Assembly: GCA_964583625.1 (NCBI GenBank) | Contig: CAZOVA010000003.1 | Location: 5,038-69,037 of the forward strand | DNA: 64,000 nt | Origin: an uncultured Pseudomonadales bacterium | Lineage (GTDB): Bacteria; Patescibacteriota; Microgenomatia; UBA1400; PJMF01 | Reading direction: 5' to 3' | Part shown: in pieces, positions 8,531-18,836 of the stretch | How positions within the stretch are numbered: position 1 is the first letter of the stretch | How the letters are laid out: the number at the start of each line of letters is the position of its first letter | Program-made: the position numbers and the translations under genes | Notes under the pieces: generated by a model | Seen by the model: only the letters and a program-made list of their open reading frames with translations | What the model was told of the DNA's origin: nothing | Database searches by the model: none

Positions 8531-9931
8531 ATGTTTATGGCAAAGAATATTGATGTGCAGGAGTTGGTAGCTTTTTGTAAGTCTACTGGTTTTATTTATC
8601 AATCGAGTGAAATTTATGGAGGGTTGAGTGCTGTTTATGACTATGGTCATTATGGCGCTTTGCTTAAACAAAATATCCAACAACTTTGGTGGAAAAATAT
8701 GGTTCAACTACATGAAGATGTGGTGGGTTTGGACAGCGCCATCTTTATGTCGCCACAAACTTGGAAAGCTTCTGGGCATATAGATAATTTTGATGACCCT
8801 CAAGTGGATTGTAAAAATTGTCATGGCAGATTAAGAGCTGATCATTTACTAGAAGAACAAGGAATTAATGCCGACAAAGAAACTCTCACTTTTATCAATC
8901 AACAATTGGAAAATCTTAAAGCTAGCGGTAAACTAAAATGCCCCCTGTGCGGGAGTCGTGATCTCACGGCCGCAAAACAGTTTTCCCTTATGGTGAAATC
9001 CAACTTAGGAGCTCCCACTGATGAGTTGACCGCTGAAAACATCGTTTATTTAAGACCAGAAACCTGTGGAGGCATTTATTTAAATTATAAAAATATTCTC
9101 GATAGTTTACATTTGAAACTCCCTTTTGGTGTAGCTCAAATAGGTAAGGCTTTTCGTAATGAAATTATTGCTCGTCAATTTGTTTTTCGCACCCGAGAGT
9201 TTGAACAAATGGAAATGCAATACTTTTTACGTCCAGAACAAATGTCAGAAAAATTTGCAGCCTGGAGAGCTGATCGCTGGCAATGGTATTTAGATCTTGG
9301 AATTGAGCAGGACAAATTACGTTGGCATCAACACGAAAAATTAGCTCATTATGCGAGCGACGCTTATGATATTGAATACAATTTTGCTTCATTAGGAGGT
9401 TTTAAGGAAATTGAAGGTGTTCATGCTCGCGGAAATTGGGACTTATCCCAACACAGTAAATTTTCAGGTGTTGATTTAAATTATTTTGATCCGCAAACAG
9501 GAGAAAAATTTATTCCTCATATTATGGAGACCTCAGCTGGTCTCAACCGCATTGTCATGATGGTTTTAGATCATGCTTATAGCAAAGAGCGGGTCGGTCA
9601 AGATGAGAGATTAGTTTTAAAATTATCTGCTAAATTAGCACCCATTAAATTAGCTGTTTTTCCGCTTTTACGCAATAAGCCAGAATTGGTGGCTTTGGCC
9701 AAACAAGTTGCGCAGAAATTAAGACCACTTTATCAATTGGAGTTTGATGATCATGGCAATATTGGTAAGCGTTATCGTCGTCAAGACGCTATCGGCACTC
9801 CTCTGACCTTAACGATCGATTTCGATTCATTAAGTAATGAAGATCTAACTGTTCGCCACCGAGACACAATGAAACAGGAAAGAGTTTCCCTTTCTCAATT
9901 GGAAGAATATTTACAAAGCCAACTAGTATGA
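8531..9931 (+). CDS. glyQS: Glycine--tRNA ligase, dimeric archaeal/eukaryal type
   Basis: Class II aaRS motifs and GlyRS-specific N-terminus (YGGLSAVYDYGHYGALLKQN); possible leaderless start at 8537 (TATAAT 8524-8529). Confidence 0.9.
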   Translation: MFMAKNIDVQELVAFCKSTGFIYQSSEIYGGLSAVYDYGHYGALLKQNIQQLWWKNMVQLHEDVVGLDSAIFMSPQTWKASGHIDNFDDPQVDCKNCHGRLRADHLLEEQGINADKETLTFINQQLENLKASGKLKCPLCGSRDLTAAKQFSLMVKSNLGAPTDELTAENIVYLRPETCGGIYLNYKNILDSLHLKLPFGVAQIGKAFRNEIIARQFVFRTREFEQMEMQYFLRPEQMSEKFAAWRADRWQWYLDLGIEQDKLRWHQHEKLAHYASDAYDIEYNFASLGGFKEIEGVHARGNWDLSQHSKFSGVDLNYFDPQTGEKFIPHIMETSAGLNRIVMMVLDHAYSKERVGQDERLVLKLSAKLAPIKLAVFPLLRNKPELVALAKQVAQKLRPLYQLEFDDHGNIGKRYRRQDAIGTPLTLTIDFDSLSNEDLTVRHRDTMKQERVSLSQLEEYLQSQLV

Positions 9932-11169
9932 AAATAAAAGCTTTTATTTATAAAATCAAAAGCCTCTATCATCTCTTCAAAACAGGCATTGGGGAGGGTT
10001 TTCTCTCTCAGTTAATTTATGGTTTTCCTGAAAAAAAATTAAAAATTTTAGCTCTTACTGGGACCGATGGAAAAACCACCACTAGCACCTTGGTCTATCA
10101 TCTTTTGAAAAAGAATGGCTATAATGTAGCTTTGATTTCTACAGTTGCTGCCTTTATTGGTGAGGAGAAAATTGAAACTGGCTTTCATGTGACCTCGCCT
10201 GCTCCAAAAGCTCTTTACCGTTTATTACGGCAGATGGTTAAACAAAAAGTGGAATATTTAGTTTTGGAGATTACCTCACAAGGAGCTTACCAGTATCGCA
10301 ATTGGGGACTTAAACCACTCATCACTGGCTTGACTAATATTGATTTTGAGCACCTTGATTATCATTTGAATCAGGAAAATTATTTACAAGCAAAAATGAA
10401 GGTGCTCAATAGTGCTAAAACTGCTGTTGTCAATGAAGAAATGGAGATTTTTCCCCGTTTGAAAAAGAGTTTGAAAGAAAATATCAAGCTTATTACTTTT
10501 AGTCGCAAAACTCGCTTTAGCGCTCTTTTGGAAAAAGCTATTCGAGAAAAATTTGCCGAAGATTATAATCGTCTCAATGCTTATTTGGCTATTACTATGT
10601 TGAAACAACTTTCGCTTAATGATAAAGATTTGGCGCAAGCTTTGGAATCTTTTCAACTGCCAGAAGGCAGAATGGAATTTGTCCCCACCGGTTTACCTTT
10701 TTCAGTAATTGTTGATTTTGCTCATACACCTCAGGCCCTGCAAGCAGCTTTGAGCAATATCCGACGCAATTATCTCCCCAAAGGAGCCAAGCTAATTAGT
10801 TTGGCTGGTTGTGCTGGTTTGCGCGATCATCTCAAAAGACCAGCTATGGGTCAAATTTTGGCTAAGTTTTCGGACAGAGCGATCTTTACTGCTGAAGATC
10901 CACGAACTGAGAATATTTGGGCCATTATTAATCAAATGAAAGAAAATCTCGGACATCATCACCACAAAGTGATCTCTATTCCTCATCGAGAAGCGGCCCT
11001 CCGTTTTGCTCTGGAACATTATGGTAAAGATCAAAATTTGATCGCTATTTTTGGTAAGGGACATGAACAAAGCATGTGTTATGACGGCAAAACTGAAACT
11101 CCTTGGAATGATATTGTCGCTGCCAAAGCAATGATTAAAGAATTAAAAAAGAATGCTGATAAAAAATAA
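9928..11169 (+). CDS. murE: Mur ligase family protein, MurE-like (UDP-MurNAc-tripeptide synthetase), N-terminal domain absent
   Basis: GTDGKTTT P-loop, DFAHTPQAL, EDPRTE motifs; 413 aa, shorter than typical MurE. Confidence 0.7.
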   Translation: MKIKAFIYKIKSLYHLFKTGIGEGFLSQLIYGFPEKKLKILALTGTDGKTTTSTLVYHLLKKNGYNVALISTVAAFIGEEKIETGFHVTSPAPKALYRLLRQMVKQKVEYLVLEITSQGAYQYRNWGLKPLITGLTNIDFEHLDYHLNQENYLQAKMKVLNSAKTAVVNEEMEIFPRLKKSLKENIKLITFSRKTRFSALLEKAIREKFAEDYNRLNAYLAITMLKQLSLNDKDLAQALESFQLPEGRMEFVPTGLPFSVIVDFAHTPQALQAALSNIRRNYLPKGAKLISLAGCAGLRDHLKRPAMGQILAKFSDRAIFTAEDPRTENIWAIINQMKENLGHHHHKVISIPHREAALRFALEHYGKDQNLIAIFGKGHEQSMCYDGKTETPWNDIVAAKAMIKELKKNADKK

Positions 11170-12568
11170 TTTTTATTTGGTAGGAATCAAAGGGGTAGCC
11201 ATGACGGCTTTGGCTTGCGCTCTTAATGATTTGGGAAAAAATATTGCTGGAAGTGATGTTGAAGAAGATTTTGTGACCAAAAAAGTGCTCGATAGTCTTC
11301 ATTTGCTAGTGGAGAGTGGCTTCACTCACTCTTTGCCAGAAGAAACTGAAGTGGTAATTTTTTCTGGCGCCAATGGCGGGTCACAAAACCCTCAAGTTTT
11401 AGAAGCGAAGAAAAAAGGACTTTTAGTTCTTTCTCAGGCCAGAGCCCAAGCTGAACTTTTCAATCAAAAACAAGGAGTAGCTGTTTGTGGCGTGGGAGGC
11501 AAATCTTCGGTTAGCGCCATGTTAGCCTATATTTGGGAAAAGTCGACGCCACAAAGCTATTTAGTCGGAGTAGGGGAAATTGTTGGCTTGGATAAGACAG
11601 GACAATTTTTACCAGCTAGCCCTTATTTTTTTGCTGAAGCTGATGAATATGTGGAAGATCCCGCTACCCTCGACCCGCGTCACATTATTCCTCGTTTTAG
11701 TTTCTTAAAACCGCAAATTATTATTGCCAATAGCCTTCGTTTTGATCACCCTGACGCCTATCGTGATTTTGAGCATACCAAAGAAGTCTTTTTAAATTTT
11801 TTTCGTCAGTTACCTTCAACTGGAGCTCTGGTCTATAATGCCGATGATGTTAATTTAACTCTTCTCGCTCAAACTCTAATTAAAGAAAAACCCGCTCTTA
11901 AATTACTTAGTTTCGGAGAGAGTGAGGTAAGTGACTTTCGCTTGCTAGATTATCAACTACCTGCAGATCAAGATCAGGCAGTAGTGACTATTAAAACTCC
12001 AACAAAAGAACATTTTACCTTCAATCTGTCTTTGCCTGGTCAGTTTAATGCTCTTAATGCCTTAGCCACATTAGTGGCAAGCTCTATTTTAGGTATGACA
12101 GAGGCCGATTTTGGCCAACTGATTACAGGTTATCGCTCCGTTGCTCGGCGTTTGGAGTTCAAAGGAGTGCGTCATGGACTATTATGTTATGACGATTATG
12201 CTCATCATCCAGAAGAAGTGGCCGCTGTCATCAAAGCTTTGAAAACTTGGCATCCAGATAAAAAAATTATCACCGCCTTCCAGTCTCACACTTTTTCTCG
12301 CACCAAGAAACTCTTTCCCAGTTTTGTACAAGCTTTTGCTTTAGCTGATGAGGTTTTAATGATTGATATTTTTCCCTCGGCTCGAGAAGCTTTTGATCAG
12401 ACTATTAATTCCACGATGCTCTGTCAAGCAATTGAAGAAACTTTTCCTGGTAAAAAAGCCCTCAATGTTGGCACAATCTCTGCCCTAAAGGAAGTTTTAG
12501 CTCAAATTCAGACCAATGATGTTTTTGTCACTATTGGAGCCGGAAATATTTATCAAGTCTATGATTAA
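11153..12568 (+). CDS. murC: UDP-N-acetylmuramate--L-alanine ligase
   Basis: N-terminal MurC signature (GIKGVAMTALA), central GVGGKSS P-loop, Mur ligase C-terminal domain. Confidence 0.8.
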   Translation: MLIKNNFYLVGIKGVAMTALACALNDLGKNIAGSDVEEDFVTKKVLDSLHLLVESGFTHSLPEETEVVIFSGANGGSQNPQVLEAKKKGLLVLSQARAQAELFNQKQGVAVCGVGGKSSVSAMLAYIWEKSTPQSYLVGVGEIVGLDKTGQFLPASPYFFAEADEYVEDPATLDPRHIIPRFSFLKPQIIIANSLRFDHPDAYRDFEHTKEVFLNFFRQLPSTGALVYNADDVNLTLLAQTLIKEKPALKLLSFGESEVSDFRLLDYQLPADQDQAVVTIKTPTKEHFTFNLSLPGQFNALNALATLVASSILGMTEADFGQLITGYRSVARRLEFKGVRHGLLCYDDYAHHPEEVAAVIKALKTWHPDKKIITAFQSHTFSRTKKLFPSFVQAFALADEVLMIDIFPSAREAFDQTINSTMLCQAIEETFPGKKALNVGTISALKEVLAQIQTNDVFVTIGAGNIYQVYD

Positions 12569-12580
12569 TTTTTTTAAAAA

Positions 12581-13507
12581 TTAATTATTTAGTAAAGCGT
12601 AAATAAACCCATCGCCCAAGGGCAAATCTTCAGTTAAAGAAAAGACTGACCAGCTTTGATTGTCCCAAACAGCAACTTTATTTATCTCTGTCGCTGCTTG
12701 AAATTGCACTCTAGCTGTTTGTTTGACTGGAGCTTGAGTAAAATTAATTTGATAGGCGACAGCTTTAGTGCCATTGTCTTTTCCTCCATCAGGCACCAGT
12801 AAAACTTCTCCTGGCAAGTCTTTTGGTAGACCGATAACCTCCATTAGAAGATAATCTTTTGTTTTACTCAAACCGTCGGCAGTCAGGCTAAAGGCTTCAT
12901 CTTTAGTTGTACTAGTAGCATTACCATTCTCAAAATAAGTCCAATTGGTGGCAAAGGAAAATTTTTGCTCGCCTTCAAAATTCAGAATTAAGGTCCCATC
13001 TGAAACATTATTATTTACACAAGCTCCACCCGCACTACAAGTACCAAAACGATTCTCAGTTTTGGTTGGCAATTGTTTAAGATCTAATTCACCAATAAAA
13101 CCTTGAGTGCCTTCACCCTCGCCCTCAGGCACTTTGACTTTAACACCACTAGCACTGACCGCGCTTGCCCCAATGACTTGGTAAATAATTTCATACTCAG
13201 CGGTTTGCGCTTTTTCTCTTAATTCAGTGAGATTAATATTGACAAATCTCCCCCCATTTTTATTAAAGGGTTTAAGAGACACCAAAGGCCTCTTATCTAG
13301 ATCAAGAATATTAATCGGAGCACTAATTCTTTTCTTTTTGACGATGGGTGCTTCTGTTGGTGGTGCAGTTTCTTTTTGTCTTTTGTTGATAAAAATTACG
13401 CCTGCCACTATCATGACTAGAGCTAAAAGAGACAAAATAATAATTTTGCTTGTTTTTTTATTTTTCATGCTCAACATTCTATCACATTTTTTAAGCAAAA
13501 AGTGCAT
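12581..13507 (-). CDS. Hypothetical secreted/membrane-anchored protein
   Basis: N-terminal TM (IIILSLLALVMIVAGVIF), Gly/Thr-rich extracellular region; alternative start at 13468. Confidence 0.5.
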   Translation of the reverse strand: MHFLLKKCDRMLSMKNKKTSKIIILSLLALVMIVAGVIFINKRQKETAPPTEAPIVKKKRISAPINILDLDKRPLVSLKPFNKNGGRFVNINLTELREKAQTAEYEIIYQVIGASAVSASGVKVKVPEGEGEGTQGFIGELDLKQLPTKTENRFGTCSAGGACVNNNVSDGTLILNFEGEQKFSFATNWTYFENGNATSTTKDEAFSLTADGLSKTKDYLLMEVIGLPKDLPGEVLLVPDGGKDNGTKAVAYQINFTQAPVKQTARVQFQAATEINKVAVWDNQSWSVFSLTEDLPLGDGFIYALLNN

Positions 13508-13538
13508 GATTGAAACCTATTTTTACGACTAAAAGATT

Positions 13539-15218
13539 GTGAAGAAGCAAAAATTGGAGCAACTAGCTGAGCAATTACGGCAACAAATTATCCAGACTTG
13601 CGAAACTAATGGTGGCCATTTAGGCGGGAGTTTGGGAGTGGTAGAGCTGACCATTGCTTTACATCAAGTTTTTCAATCACCAGTTGATAAATTTATTTTT
13701 GATGTCGGTCACCAGGCCTATGCGCACAAACTTTTAACCAATCGAAAAAAAGAATTTTCTTCTTTAAGAAAAAAAGACGGCCTATCAGGGTTTATGTCTC
13801 CAGCGGAATCCAAACATGATCCTTGCATTACAGGTCATGCTGGCAACTCTTTATCTCTAGCCTTAGGTTTAAGTTTCCGTGGTGACGATCATTGGACGAT
13901 TGCTATTATTGGTGACGGCTCTTTTCTCAATGGCATGGCTGTAGAGGCTTTAAACCATTTAGCCAATACCAAGCAAAAAATATTAATTATTATTAATGAC
14001 AATCAATATTCAATTGATCCTTGTGTGGGAAAAATTGCTCAGAGTCAGGCTTATGCTCAGTTTTGTCAAAGTTTTTCCCTGCCGTATACTGGCCCCTTAG
14101 ACGGTCATGATATTCCTCTTTTGCTAAAAACTTTTACTCAATTAAAAAAACAAGCTGGTCCTCAAGTTTTACACTTGAAAACTAAAAAAGGTTATGGTGA
14201 TCAGCAGGCCATGCGTGATCCAACCACTCATCATTTTCGTTCTCCAAGTACTTCTGCGGGAGAAAAAAAACTCAAACTTCAAGATTTAGTCGGCCAAACT
14301 CTCAGTCAGATGGCAATAACTGATAATCGTTTGTCTGTTATTACTCCGGCTATGACTCAAGGAGGCGGATTGAGTCATTTCGCTCAGCAATTTCCCAAGA
14401 GATTTTTTGATGTCGGTATCGCTGAAAGTCATGCTTTAGCCTTTGGGGCTGGTTTAGCCGCGGCTGGAGAAAAACCCTTTTGCCATTTTTACGCCACCTT
14501 TTTGCAAAGAGCCTTTGATCAATTAATGCATGATGTAGCCATTTATCCTCTTCCCTTAACTCTCCTAATTGATCGTTGCGGTTTGGTGGGAGAAGATGGG
14601 GTTACTCATCAAGGATATTTTGCCCTATCTTATTTAAATCAAGTGCCAAACTTACAAATTATTTTGCCTGGAAGCGCAGCGGAAATTGTCAGTAGTTTGC
14701 AATTTGCTCAAAAAAGTGCTTATCCTGTCGCTATCCTTTATCCTAAAATTAGTTTACCTCTGCCTTTGGATTTAATAAATGCCGATACCAGTTTGTCGCC
14801 CCAAGTTTTGCGTTTGGGTAAAACCAATCACTTAGCAGTTCTAACAACTGGCTTTACTCGACCGACAATCGCATCTTTGCCTGATAAACTCAATTTTACT
14901 CACTATCATTTACCGCTTATCAAGCCCCTACCTCAAGAATTTTTGCAGAATATTATTAATCGTCATCAAAGGCTGATCGTCGTTGAAGAAAATAGTCATT
15001 TAGGAGGTTTTGGTCAACAATTAGCTGATTTAATTGCTAGTCGTCGGACTTTTTCCAAACCTCTTTTAACTATTCGCGCCATTAGCGACAGTTTCATTTC
15101 TCATGCCAGTCGTGAGGAGCAATTGCAACTAGTAGGACTTGACCGAGAGAGTTTGGTCACCCTGATCGAAGCTCACTTGCCCGCGGACGCTCACGCTCAT
15201 CTAGCCCTAATTACTTAA
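13539..15218 (+). CDS. dxs: 1-deoxy-D-xylulose-5-phosphate synthase
   Basis: N-terminal Dxs signature (GGHLGGSLGVVELTIALHQVF...FDVGHQAYAHKLLT), TPP-binding GDG motif; GTG start. Confidence 0.85.
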   Translation: MKKQKLEQLAEQLRQQIIQTCETNGGHLGGSLGVVELTIALHQVFQSPVDKFIFDVGHQAYAHKLLTNRKKEFSSLRKKDGLSGFMSPAESKHDPCITGHAGNSLSLALGLSFRGDDHWTIAIIGDGSFLNGMAVEALNHLANTKQKILIIINDNQYSIDPCVGKIAQSQAYAQFCQSFSLPYTGPLDGHDIPLLLKTFTQLKKQAGPQVLHLKTKKGYGDQQAMRDPTTHHFRSPSTSAGEKKLKLQDLVGQTLSQMAITDNRLSVITPAMTQGGGLSHFAQQFPKRFFDVGIAESHALAFGAGLAAAGEKPFCHFYATFLQRAFDQLMHDVAIYPLPLTLLIDRCGLVGEDGVTHQGYFALSYLNQVPNLQIILPGSAAEIVSSLQFAQKSAYPVAILYPKISLPLPLDLINADTSLSPQVLRLGKTNHLAVLTTGFTRPTIASLPDKLNFTHYHLPLIKPLPQEFLQNIINRHQRLIVVEENSHLGGFGQQLADLIASRRTFSKPLLTIRAISDSFISHASREEQLQLVGLDRESLVTLIEAHLPADAHAHLALIT

Positions 15219-15242
15219 TTTTCCTCCCTTTCGCTCTAGTTT

Positions 15243-17075
15243 TTGGGCTATAATGATTTACTTGACTATATGAAATTCAAAGATCTAGCTCTCAAACTGA
15301 AAGAAATAGAAAAACATAGTTCTCGGCTGACAATCACCAATCTTTTGGCACAATTGTGGCAAGCGGTTGATTTGGCGGAGAGCAATCTTGTAGCCAATTT
15401 AATTCAAGGTCAATTACAACCAGCCTATGATTCTTTGCCTTTTTCTTTATCAGAGAAAATGATTGCTCGAGCTTTAGTTAAATTAGTGATTCAGAACGGT
15501 GGTTTACCAGGTAATGGCTTGAGTGTCGATATTTTTGGACAGGCTGATGAAGCCAGCGTTTTAAGTCAGGTTCGCCAAAAACAAAGACAGACTGGTGATT
15601 GGGGAGAAACTAGTTTGGCTTTGGCTCGTGATCTAAACTTAAACAAGGAGCAAGATCTTAGCGTGACTGAAGTTTATCAGATTCTCAAGAAAATTGCCCT
15701 CGCTAGTGGACCAGGTTCTCAAGAAGAAAAATTGAACTTATTAGTTTCTTTATGGCAAAATTTGGATCAAGAAAGTATTAAAGGCGTGACGAGAATAGTC
15801 TTGGGAAAATTACGCTTGGGTTTTTCCCTGATGACTATCATTGATAGTTTGTCTTGGGTGGGAACAGGGAGTAAAAGTGAAAGCTCAGCTCTTGAAGAAA
15901 TTTATCAACAAAAAGCCGACATTGGTCTTTTAACTCAATCTTATTTAAGTCTATTAAATTTAACCTCTCAAGAGAGATTAGCTCAACTAAAAGCTGACTA
16001 TCAAGTGCAAATTGGCATTCCTTTGGTTCCAGCTTTGTGTCAACGTCTCAATTCTAGTAATGAAATTATTGAGAAAATGTCTGCCGTTATTGCCGAGCCT
16101 AAATATGACGGTATGAGAGTACAAATTCATATTCAAAAGGGGCCTTTGGGGGTTAAGGTAAAAGCTTTTACTCGAAGCTTAGATGATGTCTCAGCTATGT
16201 TTCCTGAGTTACTCACTTTGAGCGAACACTTAGATCTTAAAAGCGCCATTTTTGACTCTGAAGCAATCGGTTTTGATAAAAATGATGGACGATTATTGCC
16301 TTTTCAAGCGACCATGACTCGAAGAAGAAAACATGAGATTAAGGCTAAATCACAAGAACTGCCAATGAAATTTTTTATCTTTGATATTCTTTATTTGGAC
16401 GGTCAGAGCTTGATTAATTTACCTTTATTGGCAAGAAAAGAGCTTCTCTCCAAGAAAGTTTCTGCTGATACGCCCACAGCCATTATTGCTCCTTATATTC
16501 AAACGACTGATCCCCAAGTCTTGCATCACTATCATCAACAGCAACTTAATCAAGGTTTAGAGGGAATGGTGGCTAAACAAATCAACTCTTTTTATCAAAG
16601 TGGGCGCAAAGGTTTCAACTGGGTAAAAATTAAGGAAGAGGAGGGGAGAAGAGGTAAACTCAATGACACTTTGGATTTGGTGGTTATGGGCTATTATTTT
16701 GGCAAAGGCAAACGTCATCAGTTTGGTTTGGGAGCCTTTTTAGTTGGTTTGCCAGGACCAGAAGGGAAAATTTTATCTTTGACCAAAATTGGCACAGGTT
16801 TGAGTGATGAGCAATTTCGACAATTGTACCAAAAGAGTCAACCTTTGATTAGCCAGACCAAACCCGCTTCCTATCAAGTAAATAAAATCATTTTTCCTGA
16901 TGTTTGGCTAGAGCCCAACATTATTGCCGAAATTGCCGCTGATGAAATCACCAAGTCAAGTTTTCATACTAGTGGCTATGGTTTGCGTTTTCCTCGCTTA
17001 ATTCGCTGGCGCGAAGATAAAAACCTTGCTCAAGCGACCGACTTGAAACAACTAGCGCAAATTAAAATTGTTTAA
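15243..17075 (+). CDS. ATP-dependent DNA ligase
   Basis: Motif I KxDGxR (EPKYDGMRVQIHI), adenylation and OB domains, N-terminal DNA-binding domain; 610 aa. Confidence 0.85.
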   Translation: MGYNDLLDYMKFKDLALKLKEIEKHSSRLTITNLLAQLWQAVDLAESNLVANLIQGQLQPAYDSLPFSLSEKMIARALVKLVIQNGGLPGNGLSVDIFGQADEASVLSQVRQKQRQTGDWGETSLALARDLNLNKEQDLSVTEVYQILKKIALASGPGSQEEKLNLLVSLWQNLDQESIKGVTRIVLGKLRLGFSLMTIIDSLSWVGTGSKSESSALEEIYQQKADIGLLTQSYLSLLNLTSQERLAQLKADYQVQIGIPLVPALCQRLNSSNEIIEKMSAVIAEPKYDGMRVQIHIQKGPLGVKVKAFTRSLDDVSAMFPELLTLSEHLDLKSAIFDSEAIGFDKNDGRLLPFQATMTRRRKHEIKAKSQELPMKFFIFDILYLDGQSLINLPLLARKELLSKKVSADTPTAIIAPYIQTTDPQVLHHYHQQQLNQGLEGMVAKQINSFYQSGRKGFNWVKIKEEEGRRGKLNDTLDLVVMGYYFGKGKRHQFGLGAFLVGLPGPEGKILSLTKIGTGLSDEQFRQLYQKSQPLISQTKPASYQVNKIIFPDVWLEPNIIAEIAADEITKSSFHTSGYGLRFPRLIRWREDKNLAQATDLKQLAQIKIV

Positions 17076-17893
17076 GGCTTGAGTATCTTCTTAAGATAAG
17101 AATGTTGCTCTTCTTTTTCCGCATCATAACTTTGACCTCCAAGCATTTTATAGCCAAAATCACTTTTGGTAAATTCATGACCAAAAAGATAGTTCATCTG
17201 CATCAAAAAAGCTGAACGAGCGGTTTGAAACAAGCCCTTACTTTTTACCCTTCTCATAGAAAAAGCAAAAGTAGGATCGGAAAAAAGTTTAAATTTAAAA
17301 CCTAATTTTTTAGCTTTTTTTACCAGTAAAGAATCCTCCATCACTTTACTTTTTTCATTAAATTTTATTTGAGGAAAAATTTTTTTGCGAACACCGATAA
17401 GGGCTCCAAAAGCCAGAGGTTGATTGGTTTTATCTCGGCTCAGTAAAAAAAGATTAATTCCATAAGCAATAGTATGAAAAAACTTATTTTTTTGATCAGT
17501 TTTATTCAAATGAATGAGAGTAGAGAAGAGGTCAACTTCTTTTTGATATTTATTCAATTGATAAACAATACCTTGGAGAAAAAAATGAGGCAAACGGTTG
17601 TCAGCGTCCATAAAAATCAACCACTCCCCTCTTGCTAATTGAGCGCCAAAGTTTCTCTGATAAGAAACTTGTTTCTTCTTAACTTGTTGGAAAATAATTT
17701 TCTCTTGGGAATATTTTTTTTGAAATTCTAGAACTTTTTTTTTAGTTTGATCCTGACTATCGGCATCAATAATAATAATTTCGAAATCTTGCTCACTTTG
17801 ACGATCAAGATCAGCGAGTAAAAGGGGTAAAACCCTTTCCTCATTGAGAGTGGGAATAATAATGCTTAAATTAGGAGACAGAGGTTTTTTCAT
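17072..17893 (-). CDS. Glycosyltransferase family 2
   Basis: SIIIPTLNE N-terminus and DxD (FMDADN). Confidence 0.75.
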   Translation of the reverse strand: MKKPLSPNLSIIIPTLNEERVLPLLLADLDRQSEQDFEIIIIDADSQDQTKKKVLEFQKKYSQEKIIFQQVKKKQVSYQRNFGAQLARGEWLIFMDADNRLPHFFLQGIVYQLNKYQKEVDLFSTLIHLNKTDQKNKFFHTIAYGINLFLLSRDKTNQPLAFGALIGVRKKIFPQIKFNEKSKVMEDSLLVKKAKKLGFKFKLFSDPTFAFSMRRVKSKGLFQTARSAFLMQMNYLFGHEFTKSDFGYKMLGGQSYDAEKEEQHSYLKKILKP

Positions 17894-17927
17894 TACAAAT
17901 CTCTGACATTATAACATCTAAATGAAC

Positions 17928-18836
17928 CTAATAACTCAAAAGTCCCTGTTTAGCGCCTAAAAACTTAATAACGTTATTGGAGTTGTTCTTGCCCGCTTCG
18001 ATGGCTTCATCTAGCTGACAGTTATAAAGGAGAGTACTGACAAAGGCACTAGCAAAAGCATCACCAGCTCCAGTCGCTTCATAGGCAGCTCCCTCTTCTT
18101 TTGGTCGAAAATCGGTATATTTTTTACCTTGAAAATACACCCACCCCCCCTCCCCGCCATTGGTGACCACGACATAGGGGAAGTTGGCCAAAACTTGGGT
18201 CTGTTTTTCGACAATCATTGCCCATTCTTCTTTATTGACGAAAAAAACACCTTTATTCGGTTTAGGTAGATCCAATTGATTATCTGCTAGAAGTTGTAGC
18301 TCACTTTTCCCTGGGTTCCAAGACAAGCCAACCTTGCTTTTAGGGAAGAGTTTAAAAATTTCTTTGAGCACATGAAGATTGCCTCCCGTACTAGTTAGAT
18401 GAAGCCAATTTCTACTCTTCAAATAATCAAGGGGAATATCAAAATCATCTAACTTAGCCGAAGCAGCTCGACTTACTAAAACGGTTCGTCCGCCATCATC
18501 TCCTCTCAAAATAACGCTACAGCCAGTTTGCTCATGATGTTCAAGAATCATTTTACTGGTATCGACTTTTTCTCTAATTAATTCATGCCTGATGATTTGA
18601 GAAAAATGATCTCTCCCCAATTCGGCAATAATGCTCACATCGTGACCACGGCGAGCAAAAGCGACAGCTGTATTACTCGCTCCCCCTCCAGTAGCCAGCA
18701 GGTAATCGGCAATTTCAATTTTATGACCGTATTTTTGACAAAGTAATAAGCCGTCAGGGCTATTTTTCAAAGAAAAATCCGCCGACATAAAAAATAAATC
18801 GACCAAAGCAGCTCCGATGCAAGTTATTTTTTTCAC
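17928..18836 (-). CDS. PfkB-family carbohydrate kinase
   Basis: GGGASNTAVA and C-terminal GAGDAFASAF motifs. Confidence 0.8.
   Translation of the reverse strand: MKKITCIGAALVDLFFMSADFSLKNSPDGLLLCQKYGHKIEIADYLLATGGGASNTAVAFARRGHDVSIIAELGRDHFSQIIRHELIREKVDTSKMILEHHEQTGCSVILRGDDGGRTVLVSRAASAKLDDFDIPLDYLKSRNWLHLTSTGGNLHVLKEIFKLFPKSKVGLSWNPGKSELQLLADNQLDLPKPNKGVFFVNKEEWAMIVEKQTQVLANFPYVVVTNGGEGGWVYFQGKKYTDFRPKEEGAAYEATGAGDAFASAFVSTLLYNCQLDEAIEAGKNNSNNVIKFLGAKQGLLSY

Noticed and set aside
13500-13545. Apparent 1-nt discrepancy between my manual position counting and the ORF-track coordinates near the 12581-13507/13539 gene boundary
   Set aside because: Most likely a counting slip on my part on one line. 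ORF-track coordinates were used as authoritative for CDSs, and non-ORF coordinates are given as approximate (±2 nt).
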